DNA of 64,000 nt. It comes from an uncultured bacterium. GTDB lineage: Bacteria; Krumholzibacteriota; Krumholzibacteriia; Krumholzibacteriales; Krumholzibacteriaceae. A model generated the notes under the pieces. The model searched no databases. It was given only the letters and a program-made list of their open reading frames with translations, and had not been told where the DNA came from. Made by a program: the position numbers and the translations under genes. Below, in pieces: positions 1 through 9,889 of this stretch. How positions within the stretch are numbered: position 1 is the stretch's first letter; every line of letters begins with the position of its first letter. The stretch is from assembly GCA_965371515.1 (NCBI GenBank), contig CBDUYR010000002.1:1-64000 (forward strand). The letters run 5' to 3'.

Positions 1-1119
1 GTTGTTGAACTCGAGCCGGACGCCGAGCCTCTCGGGAAATTTCTCCGCCAGTTCCGTGTAGAGCTCGTGGTATTTCTGCTGGCCCGTCCCGAGGATGACG
101 ATCTTCATTTCGAGATCGAGCAGTTTCTCGAGCGAGTCTGAGAGAATATCGAAGCCCTTCTGGTCGACAAGCCTGGAGACAATGCCAACCACCGGCTCGT
201 CCCCGGGGGGCAACCCGAACTCCTCGAGCAGCGCCGCCTTGTTTTCCTTCTTTCCCGAGAGGTCATTCCTCGTGAAATTAGCGGGGATCAACTCGTCCGT
301 TCCCGGGTCCCAGGCATCGGGATCTATGCCGTTGAGGATACCTACGAGATCACTGCTCCTGTACCGGAGCACCCCCTCGAGCCCGAATCCATACTCTTCA
401 GATGCAGATATCTCTTCGGCGTACGTCCTGCTCACAGTACTTATTATTCCCGTGAACATCAGCGCCATCTTCATCACGTTCACCCTGCCCCAGAACTCAA
501 ACGGGCTCATCGGCTGGAAGAGCTCCGCGTCGAGTCCGGCCTTCTCGAGAAACTCTGGCTCGAAGAGGCCCTGGTAGGCGAGGTTGTGCACGCTGAAAAC
601 GGTACCGGTATTCTTGAAATGCGAGTTCGTCTCCTTTTCCCTCGCGAGGTAGACGGGAATGAGCCCCGAGTGAAAATCGTTGCAGTGGATGACGTCGGGC
701 GACATATCGAGTGCCTTGAGCGCCTCCATCACGGCGAGGTTGAAAAATATCGTTCTCTCGTCCTCGTCCTCGAACCCTTCTCCATCTGCGGTGGTGTAAA
801 TGTTTTCACGCCCGTAGAAATGGTCGTTGTCAATAAAGTAGATTTCTATATCAGTGCCCGGTTTCGTACCTGCGTATATACCGAAAGAATACACCGTGCC
901 CCCGACCGTGACGCTCAGACCGTCGATGCCGCCGACCTTCTCGATGATATGCTTCTCGCGGTCGATCGATGCGTAGAGCGGGGTGAACACGGTCATGCTC
1001 GCTCCGAGCTTCTCGAGCTCGTCAGGCAGCGCGCCCATGACGTCGGCCAGTCCTCCGACTTTCGAGTAGGGCACGATCTCGGTCGTCACAACCGCTACTT
1101 CGATTTTTTCTGAGGCCAT
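1..1119 (-). CDS. glgA: Glycogen/starch synthase (GT5), 3' end outside the window
   Basis: Not in the ORF track; read by hand from ATG 1119: MASEKIEVAVVTTEIVPYSKVGGLADVMGALP (KxGGL ADP-glucose motif). Later parts read HCNDFHSG, HNLAYQG, GILNGID and GIVSRLVDQKG. AAGGA lies just upstream of the start. Confidence 0.93.
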   Translation of the reverse strand, partial: MASEKIEVAVVTTEIVPYSKVGGLADVMGALPDELEKLGASMTVFTPLYASIDREKHIIEKVGGIDGLSVTVGGTVYSFGIYAGTKPGTDIEIYFIDNDHFYGRENIYTTADGEGFEDEDERTIFFNLAVMEALKALDMSPDVIHCNDFHSGLIPVYLAREKETNSHFKNTGTVFSVHNLAYQGLFEPEFLEKAGLDAELFQPMSPFEFWGRVNVMKMALMFTGIISTVSRTYAEEISASEEYGFGLEGVLRYRSSDLVGILNGIDPDAWDPGTDELIPANFTRNDLSGKKENKAALLEEFGLPPGDEPVVGIVSRLVDQKGFDILSDSLEKLLDLEMKIVILGTGQQKYHELYTELAEKFPERLGVRLEFNN

Positions 1120-2171
1120 TCCTTGTCCTCTACCTTCTCTTTCTCTTTTCTGTTTTTCTCGTCATCCGCGCCGCCGATCTCGACATTCCTCAACGTTTCG
1201 GCCGCGTATTCCGGCGGAGTCGGATTGATGTAGAATCCGCTGCCCCATTCGAACCCGGCCACTTTCGTCAGCTTGGGCATGATCTCGATATGCCAGTGGT
1301 AGTAGTCGAGATCGGGGGTCTTGCAGGGAGCGGAGTGTATGATGAAATTGAACGGCGGCTCGTCGAGAGTTATATCCAGTCTGGTGAGGACGTTAATCAT
1401 TATATCCGCCAGTGCCGGGAACCATTCGGTAGGGGTCTTCTCAAAGGCGGAGATATGTTCGAGGGGCAGTATCCAGGTCTCAAAGGGGAACCGCGAGGCG
1501 TATGGCGCGATCGCGATGAAGCGCTCGTTACGGAAGATGATCCTCGTCCCTTCCTTCTGTTCCTGCTTGAGGATGTCGCAGAATATGCACCTTTCCTTCA
1601 GCTTGTAATGGAACTTCGCTCCCTCGAGCTCCTCGATCGCCCTCTTCGGGATGATAGGGGTGGCAATGATCTGCATGTGCGAGTGCTCAAGGGACGCTCC
1701 CGCTTCTTCTCCCCAGTTCTTGAAGATGAGGATGTACCTGAAGCGCGAGTCCTTCTTGAGATCGATACAGCGGTCCCTCAGAGCCCAGAAGATGCTCTCT
1801 ACATGCTCCTGCGGAAGATGGTGCAGGTTCTTGAGATGTTCGGGCGACTCTATCAGCACCTCATGCGCACCGACGCCGCGCATCGTGTCGTATATGCCGT
1901 CGCCGCGCTTGTCGAGTTCTCCTTCGATCTGCAGCGCGGGGAACTTGTTGGGAACGACTCTGACCTTCCAGCCGGGACTGTTCGGCCTCGAAAGCGGATC
2001 CCTGTAGGCCAGGACCTCGGGGGGTGTCTTGTCTTCCTTGCCCGTGCAGAAGGGACAGAATCCGCCCTTTTTCGGCTTCTTCTCCATCTTGAAATCGAGG
2101 GGCCTCTTTCCCCTCTCGGTGGAGATGATCACCCAGCGTTCCATGATCGGACTCTTGCGAAGTTCAGGCAT
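1095..2171 (-). CDS. galT: GalT-family (HIT superfamily) hexose-1-phosphate nucleotidyltransferase
   Basis: CPFC zinc site, RVVPNKFPAL, GAHEV, GASLEHSHMQ (HxHxQ catalytic motif), HWHIEI, GFEWGSG. Overlaps the glgA start by 25 nt. Confidence 0.9.
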   Translation of the reverse strand: MPELRKSPIMERWVIISTERGKRPLDFKMEKKPKKGGFCPFCTGKEDKTPPEVLAYRDPLSRPNSPGWKVRVVPNKFPALQIEGELDKRGDGIYDTMRGVGAHEVLIESPEHLKNLHHLPQEHVESIFWALRDRCIDLKKDSRFRYILIFKNWGEEAGASLEHSHMQIIATPIIPKRAIEELEGAKFHYKLKERCIFCDILKQEQKEGTRIIFRNERFIAIAPYASRFPFETWILPLEHISAFEKTPTEWFPALADIMINVLTRLDITLDEPPFNFIIHSAPCKTPDLDYYHWHIEIMPKLTKVAGFEWGSGFYINPTPPEYAAETLRNVEIGGADDEKNRKEKEKVEDKEWPQKKSK

Positions 2172-2194
2172 CCGGTGTCGTTCTCCTTCTTGCG

Positions 2195-2776
2195 CTATTT
2201 CGCCTTCATGATCGTGGTCCGCACTATCCAGCAGTCGGGATAGTCGGCGGCGAGCCTGGTGCGGGCTTCTGAAGCCTCCGCGCGAGTGGAATAATCCCCC
2301 GCTCTGACCTTGTACAAACCATCTTCGTAGTCTATATAAACCGTGACACCCGCTGCCGCCATGACTTTTTTCTTCAGGTCTCTCGCCCCCGCTGACTCTG
2401 CGAACGCGGCGAGCTGAACCCTGTATCCAAGATCATATCCGGCATTGGGCGCGGGAGGTTCCACTGTCTCTTCGACTGAGAAAGTATCAGCCTTTACCGG
2501 CTCTATGTTCTCTTCCTCCGCCTCTCCCTCGCCGACTGAATCATCCTCGGGCATTTCGCTCTCGAGGTCGTACGTCTCGTCGGCTATCGGCTTTTCCGTC
2601 TTCGGTTCCTGCTGCGTCTCGCTCTGTGGAGGCGGCGGCGGGATGGTCTCCCGCTCTTCTACTGTCGTACCGGTCGACCTGCCGGTCCCCGCGCACCCTG
2701 CGAGAAGACAGATAAATATAACGAAAACAGCCGTCGCAGTCAGTGGGTAGAAATGCCTGATTTTGCTTCTCATCAT
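2195..2776 (-). CDS. SPOR-domain lipoprotein
   Basis: Lipobox LLAGC, Pro/Glu-rich linker, C-terminal GYRVQLAAF...LYKVRAGDY..RAEA SPOR signature. Confidence 0.85.
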   Translation of the reverse strand: MMRSKIRHFYPLTATAVFVIFICLLAGCAGTGRSTGTTVEERETIPPPPPQSETQQEPKTEKPIADETYDLESEMPEDDSVGEGEAEEENIEPVKADTFSVEETVEPPAPNAGYDLGYRVQLAAFAESAGARDLKKKVMAAAGVTVYIDYEDGLYKVRAGDYSTRAEASEARTRLAADYPDCWIVRTTIMKAK

Positions 2777-2903
2777 CGACCTCCCGACCCGTTCGAGTGA
2801 ACCTTAATATCGATTTTCTCTATCAGAATTAGGTACGCTGTGTCAATACAAATTGACATCCGCGGAGAACTGAAAGCGCCTCGATCTGACCCACAACACC
2901 TTA

Positions 2904-4016
2904 TCATGACAACAGTTCCCTGTAGAGATCCTCGAGGGAAACTGTGATCCTGTCCCAGTCGTACTCCTTCTCGGCCTTGATGCGTCCCGCTTCTCCCATC
3001 CCGGCGAGTTCTTCAGGCCTCAGCGACAGGATCCTGTTCATGGCCCTGAGCAGATCTTCGGAATCGCCTGCTCTGAATGACTCGGCAATACCCCCTGCGA
3101 CCTCGAGATTTTCGGGAATGTCGCTCACAATCACGGGGCGTGAGTGGCTCATCGCTTCGATAAGGGATATCGGCAGACCCTCGACCAGCGAGGGCAGAAC
3201 GTAGAACGCGCAATATGCATATAGTTCTTCTATCTTTTTGCCCGCCACGTATCCCGGCAGCACCACTCTGTCACCTGCCATCGCTTTTATTCGAGCCGCA
3301 TAATCCTCTTCGAATCTGGCATCCCCCGCGATTACCAGCTTCATGTCGGTAGCGAGCCTGTCGAAGGCATTGATCAGCGTATCGAATCCTCTTTCCACGA
3401 TGAACCTGCCTACGCTGAGAATGTAACCGCCCGGCTTGATCCCGAGCCCGGCGACTTCCCCGAATTCCGGGCTCTGTCGGGTTGTTGCTCCATTCGGGAT
3501 ATATCTGACATCTTTTCCGTACTTTTTCGACAGCTGATCCGTCATCAGCCTGGATACTGCTACGGCCGCATCGGCTTTCGTGACGGCCTTCTTTTCTCCC
3601 AGCATGAGAAGCTTTTTCGCCTTCTCCCCCCACTTGCTCTGCCTGTAGTCGAGGGCGTGGACCGTGCAGACCGTTTTCGAGCGGGACCGCACGGGGATCC
3701 AGCAGAAGATCGATGGGCCGATGCCGTGAAAGTGTACGATATCGTAATCGCCGAAAAAGGCAGCTATGCTCGAGAGCAGGGAATTCGATGCCGTATCGAG
3801 GTTCTTCGTGGAGATAGACGGGAGTATTTTCACTGTGACTCCGCCGTGAATCCCGCTGCTGCTGAAGGGGGCACGCCCGTAGACAGTTACCCTATGGCCT
3901 CTGGACGCGAGCCTCGTGGAGATCTCCTCGACATGCTTTTCGATACCGCCGAAAAGAGCAGGAATCCCCTTCGAGCCAATCATCGCTATCTTGAGGGAAC
4001 GATTATCCATGATCAA
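2904..4016 (-). CDS. GT4 glycosyltransferase
   Basis: GSKGIPALFGGIE N-terminus, IPNG, VGRF, EGLPISLIEAM (EX7E motif). Confidence 0.9.
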   Translation of the reverse strand: MIMDNRSLKIAMIGSKGIPALFGGIEKHVEEISTRLASRGHRVTVYGRAPFSSSGIHGGVTVKILPSISTKNLDTASNSLLSSIAAFFGDYDIVHFHGIGPSIFCWIPVRSRSKTVCTVHALDYRQSKWGEKAKKLLMLGEKKAVTKADAAVAVSRLMTDQLSKKYGKDVRYIPNGATTRQSPEFGEVAGLGIKPGGYILSVGRFIVERGFDTLINAFDRLATDMKLVIAGDARFEEDYAARIKAMAGDRVVLPGYVAGKKIEELYAYCAFYVLPSLVEGLPISLIEAMSHSRPVIVSDIPENLEVAGGIAESFRAGDSEDLLRAMNRILSLRPEELAGMGEAGRIKAEKEYDWDRITVSLEDLYRELLS

Positions 4017-4026
4017 ACCCGTATCG

Positions 4027-5019
4027 TCAGTCGGAGACGCCGCGACCGGCCAGGAGCCTTCCCCAGTTCTTCATGATCCAGCCTGCCGGCCTGTCGGGCC
4101 GCCTCTTCATAGCTGTCCTCGCCGTACATATCATCCAGCAGGGCATACTGCAAGCGTTGACGGCCTTCCGCGCGTTTCGAGACGCTTCGCTCTGCCAGAT
4201 CTCCTCAAAAGAGTGCTCGAGGATGTTACCCATCTTTCTCTCCAGGGTCAGGCACGGGAAGATGTTGCCTTCGGGATCGAGGAAGAAGGAATCCCGTCCG
4301 GCCCTGCAGCCGAGCACCCTGCTTCCCATGGCGTTGTACTGGAGCACGCCCGAGTAGAAGTACGCCCTGAGCCATCTCTTTGGATTGAGGCTGAGCAGCT
4401 CCTCGCGCATCACGTATTTCAATTCGTCCCTGAGCTTGTCGGGCTCGACCTTCTGGTTCTCGTTCGTTGAAAAGTAAAAATCAGAATTCTGCGCTACTGA
4501 CGTCGTGAACTGGAATCCGAACTGCCTCGAGAGATCGTATACCGTTCCGAGGTGCTTTACGTTCTCCCTCTGAGCGGTGAAAGCCACACGAACGTTTCTG
4601 TACCCCAGTTTCCCCAGCTGCTTGAGTGTCTCTATGACCTTTTCGAATCCACCGTCAACCCCTCTGATCCTGTCGTGCGTCTCTCCGATACCATCGAGAG
4701 AAACGGCGATACCGATCTTTCTCCCGATCCTCATGAGGGACGGTGCGGCATGCAGGATCCTGCGGTGCTGAAACCCGTTCGTCGAAATCACGATCCTCGG
4801 GGATTGGCAGCGTTCGTATATGGTGCCGGTGATCTCGACGATATCCTCCCTGAGAAAAGGCTCGCCTCCGGTGAGATTCACGTCTTTGAGGGTGGACGGA
4901 ATCCGCCGGTAGTCCTCAGGCGCCATCTCCCTGCCGGGAGGGAACTGCCATATGTTGCACATGTTGCACCGCGAATCACATCTGTATGTGACCGCTATTA
5001 CTGCATCGGCAGGTATCAT
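4027..5019 (-). CDS. Radical SAM protein with SPASM/twitch domain
   Basis: CDSRCNMC (CxxxCxxC), TGGEPF, STNG, VSLDG, C-terminal CRAG...GNIFPC...GNI...FEEIW...C..PC..IC. Confidence 0.9.
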   Translation of the reverse strand: MIPADAVIAVTYRCDSRCNMCNIWQFPPGREMAPEDYRRIPSTLKDVNLTGGEPFLREDIVEITGTIYERCQSPRIVISTNGFQHRRILHAAPSLMRIGRKIGIAVSLDGIGETHDRIRGVDGGFEKVIETLKQLGKLGYRNVRVAFTAQRENVKHLGTVYDLSRQFGFQFTTSVAQNSDFYFSTNENQKVEPDKLRDELKYVMREELLSLNPKRWLRAYFYSGVLQYNAMGSRVLGCRAGRDSFFLDPEGNIFPCLTLERKMGNILEHSFEEIWQSEASRNARKAVNACSMPCWMICTARTAMKRRPDRPAGWIMKNWGRLLAGRGVSD

Positions 5020-6182
5020 TGCTTCTCCGATATATCTTCCTGGCCCTTCATCTCCTCGAAGAGCCGCGCGTAGGAATCTACCATGCCCCTTGCGGAATAT
5101 CTATTTTCCGCTTTAACCCTGGCTCTGGCGCCGATAGCGGCCGCCTTCTCGTCATTTCCCGCAAGCGCCTCTATCGCCGCCGCAAGCCCTTCCGTATTTC
5201 CACTCTCAATAATCATGCCATCGACACCGTCCTCGATGATCTCGGGTACAGAACCGACACCTGTGGATATTACCGGGATGCCAGTGGCCATCGCTTCGAG
5301 TACCGCCAGCGGAAAGGTCTCTACCACAGGGAACGAGCAGAGCACCGATGCGTCCGAACATTTCAGGATCATGTCGACATCATCCCTGTCTCCGAGGAAT
5401 CTGACGGAATTCCCCAGCCGGAGTCGTGAAACCAACTCCTTGAGTTTTTTCTCCTCCGTTCCGGATCCGGTTATAAGAAAGACGAATCTATCCCCGTGCC
5501 TCTCCTTCAGAAGAGCGGCGGCATCGATGAACATCCCGTGATTCTTCTCCGGCCTCAGAGCAGCAACGATCGAGACGGTGAAACGATCGTAGTCTATCCC
5601 CAGTTCCTCCCGTACTGCGGCCTTCGTAGCGTCATCTGCGGGGATGAACCTGTCTGTATCGACACCGTTATTGATGACGCTGATCCTCCCCGGCTCTATC
5701 CCTTCCTTCTCGACAAGATGGTCCCTGTGCATTGCTGCAAGGGCCACTATACGTCCGAAGCCTCCGAGAAAGAAGCGGTCGAGCCTCGTGAAGCTGCTCC
5801 CCTTTTCCCACAGGCCTGTCGAGTGGACCGACAGGACCCTGCGACTCAACCCGGCGAGCCTGGCCGCTCCGATACCGACCGCAATGGCGTCGTGATGGTC
5901 AAGCGACAGCAGGATGCCGTCGCTGTTCCCTGAGAACAGACGGGATAGCCTGACTGCTGAGAACGGATCGTACTTCGCGCTGAGAAGCCCGTGCCTGACC
6001 GGCACGCCGGCCGCTATGAGGCGTTCGCCCGTCCTGCCTGGTGCGTGGAGGCAGATCACATGCGGCTCGTATCCCAGCCGCGGCAGCCCCAGGACCAGAG
6101 ACTCCACGACCATCTCCGCTCCTCCCGTTACGAGAGTCGAAGCAAGCATGAAGACTCTCGTTCCGCCTTCTGGCCGTGTCAT
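5016..6182 (-). CDS. GT4 glycosyltransferase
   Basis: GGAE, INNGVD, LRPEKNH, ETFPLAVLEAMATG. Confidence 0.9.
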   Translation of the reverse strand: MTRPEGGTRVFMLASTLVTGGAEMVVESLVLGLPRLGYEPHVICLHAPGRTGERLIAAGVPVRHGLLSAKYDPFSAVRLSRLFSGNSDGILLSLDHHDAIAVGIGAARLAGLSRRVLSVHSTGLWEKGSSFTRLDRFFLGGFGRIVALAAMHRDHLVEKEGIEPGRISVINNGVDTDRFIPADDATKAAVREELGIDYDRFTVSIVAALRPEKNHGMFIDAAALLKERHGDRFVFLITGSGTEEKKLKELVSRLRLGNSVRFLGDRDDVDMILKCSDASVLCSFPVVETFPLAVLEAMATGIPVISTGVGSVPEIIEDGVDGMIIESGNTEGLAAAIEALAGNDEKAAAIGARARVKAENRYSARGMVDSYARLFEEMKGQEDISEKQ

Positions 6183-6192
6183 ATCGCGGCAC

Positions 6193-6831
6193 CTAACGGT
6201 ATGGGGCCTCTCGCCTGCCGGTCTTGCACTTCAGGTCATTCAGCTCGGCATGGACGCGCGCGGGATTTCCGTACGCCAGCACGTTCGGAGGCAGGTCTTT
6301 CGTAACGACGGAGCCGCCGCCAACGAGGGTTCCCTCCCCGATCGTCACGAACGGCATTACCGTGACATTGACACCGAGCCGGCAACCCTTCTTCAGGACC
6401 GGTCCCTTCATACATTCGCCGGATTCCGGACATCCGGGGTGAATATCGTTGGCGATAGTGACGCCGGGCGCCATGAAGACGCCGTCCTCGATCACGGTGA
6501 ACTGAGCTATGTAACTGTTGCAGTGGATCTTCACGCCCACGCCGATCTTGCAGCCGTAGTCGATGACCGAGTTGTTCCAGATCGAGAGATCATCGCCGAT
6601 CTCGTTCTGCTCCCTGATCACAACGTTGTGTCCCGTCTCGAGGCCGGCGCCGATTGTGGAGCCTGCATAGACGACACTCCCACTCCGGATCCTCGCCCCC
6701 TCCCCGATGACGAGTTCGTCCGAAACACCGCTCCTCGGCGAAAGGTAGCCGACGAGCGCCTCGGGCTCTATCTCGCAGCCGGGGCCGAGGCGTACCCGTC
6801 CCAGCCTGGAATCGACTCGCTTGTCTTCCAT
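6193..6831 (-). CDS. Hexapeptide-repeat (left-handed beta-helix) sugar N-/O-acyltransferase
   Basis: Repeated [IV]G-x-G hexads, FMAPGVTIAND, VGGGSVVTKDLP...GNPAR. Confidence 0.88.
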   Translation of the reverse strand: MEDKRVDSRLGRVRLGPGCEIEPEALVGYLSPRSGVSDELVIGEGARIRSGSVVYAGSTIGAGLETGHNVVIREQNEIGDDLSIWNNSVIDYGCKIGVGVKIHCNSYIAQFTVIEDGVFMAPGVTIANDIHPGCPESGECMKGPVLKKGCRLGVNVTVMPFVTIGEGTLVGGGSVVTKDLPPNVLAYGNPARVHAELNDLKCKTGRREAPYR

Positions 6832-6838
6832 CTTCCCC

Positions 6839-7864
6839 CTATCCCAGGGTTTCGGGATACTCTATCTCGATTTCCGTGCCGTTCTGCCTCATCGACCTGT
6901 CGATCGCGTCGAGGACTATGAGGACCTCGAGCCCGTGCCTCCCGCTGCTCCGCGGCTGGGAACCTTCGATGCAATCGATGAAATGCTGGCACTCCATCTT
7001 GAGAGGCTCGGCATCGTCCAGCTTCGGGATATGGATGTCCCCGTACCTGTAAGAGAGCTGGAATTCGCCGAAGGTGTCGTAGTGGGGGATCACATCCACA
7101 CCCTTGTCGTAGATGCGTATCTTTTCGAGACTGGATATATCGTCGTAGACAAGCATCTTCTTGCTACCCACAACTGTCGTAGACCTGATCTTGTTCGGGT
7201 TGAGCCATGATACGTGCAGGTTCGCGATGATCGAGCCCGGATAGCGCAGCGTAACGAACGATACGTCCTGTATCTCGGGCTGGATGTACGAGTGCCCGAC
7301 AGCGGAAACTGCCACGGGCCTCACACCCAGGATGTAATTCATGATCGAGACGTCATGCGGCGCGAGGTCCCAGACGACATTGATGTCTTCCTGGAAGAGT
7401 CCGAGATTCACCCTCGCCGTCGACATGTAGTAGATGTCGCCCAGCTGGCCCGAGCTGATAAGGTCCTTGACCTTGTTGACGGCGGCCGTATACACAAATG
7501 TGTGCCCGACCATCAGAGTCCTTTCATTCTCGTCCGCCAGGTCGACAAGCTTGACCCCTTCTTCCACCGACTGCGTAAGAGGCTTCTCGCAGAAGACGTG
7601 CTTCCCTGCCTCAAGAGCCTCGGAGGCTATTTGATAATGCGTAGAGACCGGAGTCGCGATGACAACGGCGTCTATGCTCTCATCCTTTATGATTTCCCTA
7701 TAGTCCGTCGTGGTGGCGAGTGACGGATAGAGCTGCTTCATGTGCTCGAGGCGGCCTTCGTCGAGATCACTGCATATTCTGACGTCGGCTTCCTTGAGGT
7801 TGATGAAGTTTCTAATCAGATTTGGTCCCCAGTATCCGCAACCGATTACTCCGACTGTAAGCAA
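6839..7864 (-). CDS. Gfo/Idh/MocA-family NAD-dependent oxidoreductase (nucleotide-sugar oxidase-like)
   Basis: GVIGCGYWG, ATP..TH, GKHVFCEKP, WDLAPHD. Confidence 0.9.
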   Translation of the reverse strand: MLTVGVIGCGYWGPNLIRNFINLKEADVRICSDLDEGRLEHMKQLYPSLATTTDYREIIKDESIDAVVIATPVSTHYQIASEALEAGKHVFCEKPLTQSVEEGVKLVDLADENERTLMVGHTFVYTAAVNKVKDLISSGQLGDIYYMSTARVNLGLFQEDINVVWDLAPHDVSIMNYILGVRPVAVSAVGHSYIQPEIQDVSFVTLRYPGSIIANLHVSWLNPNKIRSTTVVGSKKMLVYDDISSLEKIRIYDKGVDVIPHYDTFGEFQLSYRYGDIHIPKLDDAEPLKMECQHFIDCIEGSQPRSSGRHGLEVLIVLDAIDRSMRQNGTEIEIEYPETLG

Positions 7865-7889
7865 AAGGCCTCCATTCTTCCAGCTTGCG

Positions 7890-8672
7890 CTAGATTCCGC
7901 CCGTTCCTGCCAGCATCACTGGCACGGTCTTGAGCATGATCTTGAAGTCCAGCATCAGCGACCAGTTCTCGATATAGTAGATATCCATCTTTACCATCTC
8001 GTGAAACTGCACTGTGCTTCGCCCGTTTACCTGCCACAACCCCGTGAGCCCCGGCCTGACCTTCAGCCTCAACTTGTGCCACTCGTCGTAGCATTCGTAT
8101 TCGTAAGGCAACGGCGGCCTCGGCCCCACGATCGTCATCTCACCTCTTAGGATGTTGATGAACTGGGGCAGTTCATCCAGGCTCGTCTTCCGCAGGACTC
8201 CGCCAACGGCGGTGATCCGCGGATCGTCTGTCATTTTATAAACCTCGCTCTTTCCTGCGTCAAGCGAAGGTTCGGGCTGGCGCCCCTGGATGAAATTGCG
8301 GGTGAACTCTCTATGGAGGGAATCGTCACAGTCGGTCCTCATCGTTCTGAACTTGAAAAGAGCGAAGCTTTCCCCATTCTCCCCGACCCGTTCCTGTTTG
8401 AAGAAAACGGGCCCCTTGGAGGTCAACTTAATCAACAGAGCGATAGCGAGAAAGAACGGGAATCCAAATACGAGCACCGCGATTGACGCCACGATGTCCG
8501 TGCTTCTCTTCAGGATTCTGTCGAACCACCTTCTCCTGAAAATCGCGTGACTCGTCTTAGTGGCCAGTTCCGCCGTTCCGAATTGCTCGGTGTTGGTGTA
8601 ATTTTCCAGGGCCGCTGAATACTTTTCCATAGCAGCAATGTCCCGCCTGAAGACCCTAGTCTCGTATGTCAT
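7890..8672 (-). CDS. Polyprenol-phosphate phosphoglycosyltransferase (priming sugar transferase)
   Basis: KR..D + single TM, GPVFFKQERVG, KFRTM, DPRIT..G..LRKTSLDELPQ, VGPRP, PGLTGLWQV.GRS. Confidence 0.93.
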   Translation of the reverse strand: MTYETRVFRRDIAAMEKYSAALENYTNTEQFGTAELATKTSHAIFRRRWFDRILKRSTDIVASIAVLVFGFPFFLAIALLIKLTSKGPVFFKQERVGENGESFALFKFRTMRTDCDDSLHREFTRNFIQGRQPEPSLDAGKSEVYKMTDDPRITAVGGVLRKTSLDELPQFINILRGEMTIVGPRPPLPYEYECYDEWHKLRLKVRPGLTGLWQVNGRSTVQFHEMVKMDIYYIENWSLMLDFKIMLKTVPVMLAGTGGI

Positions 8673-8711
8673 TTAACCGTTCCCTATAATGTCCCTCCTG
8701 TTTAAGCCTCC

Positions 8712-9818
8712 TCAGGTAGACGCGATGCTCTTGAGCACCTCGCAGATTTCATCTACCTGTTCCTGTTTCAGTTCCGGGAACATCGGAAGTGTGAGGCTTG
8801 TTCGCATGAGCTTTTCCGCGATGGGAAAATCTCCTTCCGAATATCCCAGATAAGAAAAGGCCGGCTGAAGATGGACAGGTATCGGATAGTGCTGTCCCCA
8901 GCCTATCCCCGCCTCGCTCAGGGCCTTTCCTACTGCTTCCTTGTCTTTGCGACCAATCGGGAAAAGATGATATACAGGCTCACAACCGGGATCCGTCGCA
9001 GCCATCCAGAAGCCGGAGCCCTCCAGGTTCGCCTGGTACCGCGCTGCGAGCTGCCTGCGCTTTTCGTTCCAGCCGTCAAGATGCTTCAGCTTCACGCCGA
9101 GTACCGCGGCCTGCATCGAATGCAGCCTGTAGTTGTATCCCAGCACCGAATGCTCGTTCTTGACGATCTGTCCGTGGTGCCTCAGTCCCTTGATTGTCAC
9201 AACGACATTCTCGTCGGAAGTCGTTACCGCTCCTCCTTCCCCGAACGCACCGAGGTTCTTGCTCGGATAGAACGAGAAGGCAGCGGCATCTCCGAGGGAA
9301 CCGGCCCTGCGTCCCTTGTACCTGGAACCGTGCGCCTGACAGGCATCCTCGAGTACCTTTATTCCATGGCGGGCCGCTATCTCGTTTATCGGATCCATGT
9401 CGCAGCATTGTCCGAAGAGATGGACCGGTATGATGACCTTAGTCCTGTCTGTGATGGCATCCTCGAGCTTCGACGGGTCCATCAACCCCGTATCTTCCAG
9501 AACATCCATCACGACCGGTTTTGCGCCTGTCATGGCGATTGCTTCTACGGTAGCTATAAAGGTATTTGCGACCGTTATAACCTCGTCACCCTCACCCACA
9601 CCGAACGCAATCATTGCGGAATGAAGGGCTGAAGTGCCCGAACTCGTTCCCGCACAATATTCTGCGCCGCAAAATGCGGCAAATGTCTTTTCGAACTCCT
9701 CCAGGCCGGGCCCCAGAACGAAAGCGGTATTATCAACGACACCGCTTATCGCCTGATCTACTTCATCCCTGATGGCGTTCGTCTGCTCACTGAGATTGAA
9801 AAAAGGGATCTTACTCAT
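8712..9818 (-). CDS. DegT/DnrJ/EryC1/StrS PLP-dependent sugar aminotransferase
   Basis: SGTSAL, VHLFGQ, EDACQAHG, FSFYPSKNLG (PLP lysine), GYNYRL, LPMFP. Confidence 0.93.
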   Translation of the reverse strand: MSKIPFFNLSEQTNAIRDEVDQAISGVVDNTAFVLGPGLEEFEKTFAAFCGAEYCAGTSSGTSALHSAMIAFGVGEGDEVITVANTFIATVEAIAMTGAKPVVMDVLEDTGLMDPSKLEDAITDRTKVIIPVHLFGQCCDMDPINEIAARHGIKVLEDACQAHGSRYKGRRAGSLGDAAAFSFYPSKNLGAFGEGGAVTTSDENVVVTIKGLRHHGQIVKNEHSVLGYNYRLHSMQAAVLGVKLKHLDGWNEKRRQLAARYQANLEGSGFWMAATDPGCEPVYHLFPIGRKDKEAVGKALSEAGIGWGQHYPIPVHLQPAFSYLGYSEGDFPIAEKLMRTSLTLPMFPELKQEQVDEICEVLKSIAST

Positions 9819-9880
9819 CGAACAAGCCTCTTACGGTTACGGTTGCTCAAAACCTATGTTACCCTGACCCACGTCCGTTG

Positions 9881-9889
9881 ATTATAACA
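9881..9889 (-). promoter_or_regulatory. Extended -10 promoter element (TGtTATAAT) upstream of the aminotransferase operon
   Basis: Minus strand reads TGTTATAAT about 60 nt upstream of ATG 9818, in an AT-rich divergent intergenic region. Confidence 0.4.
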
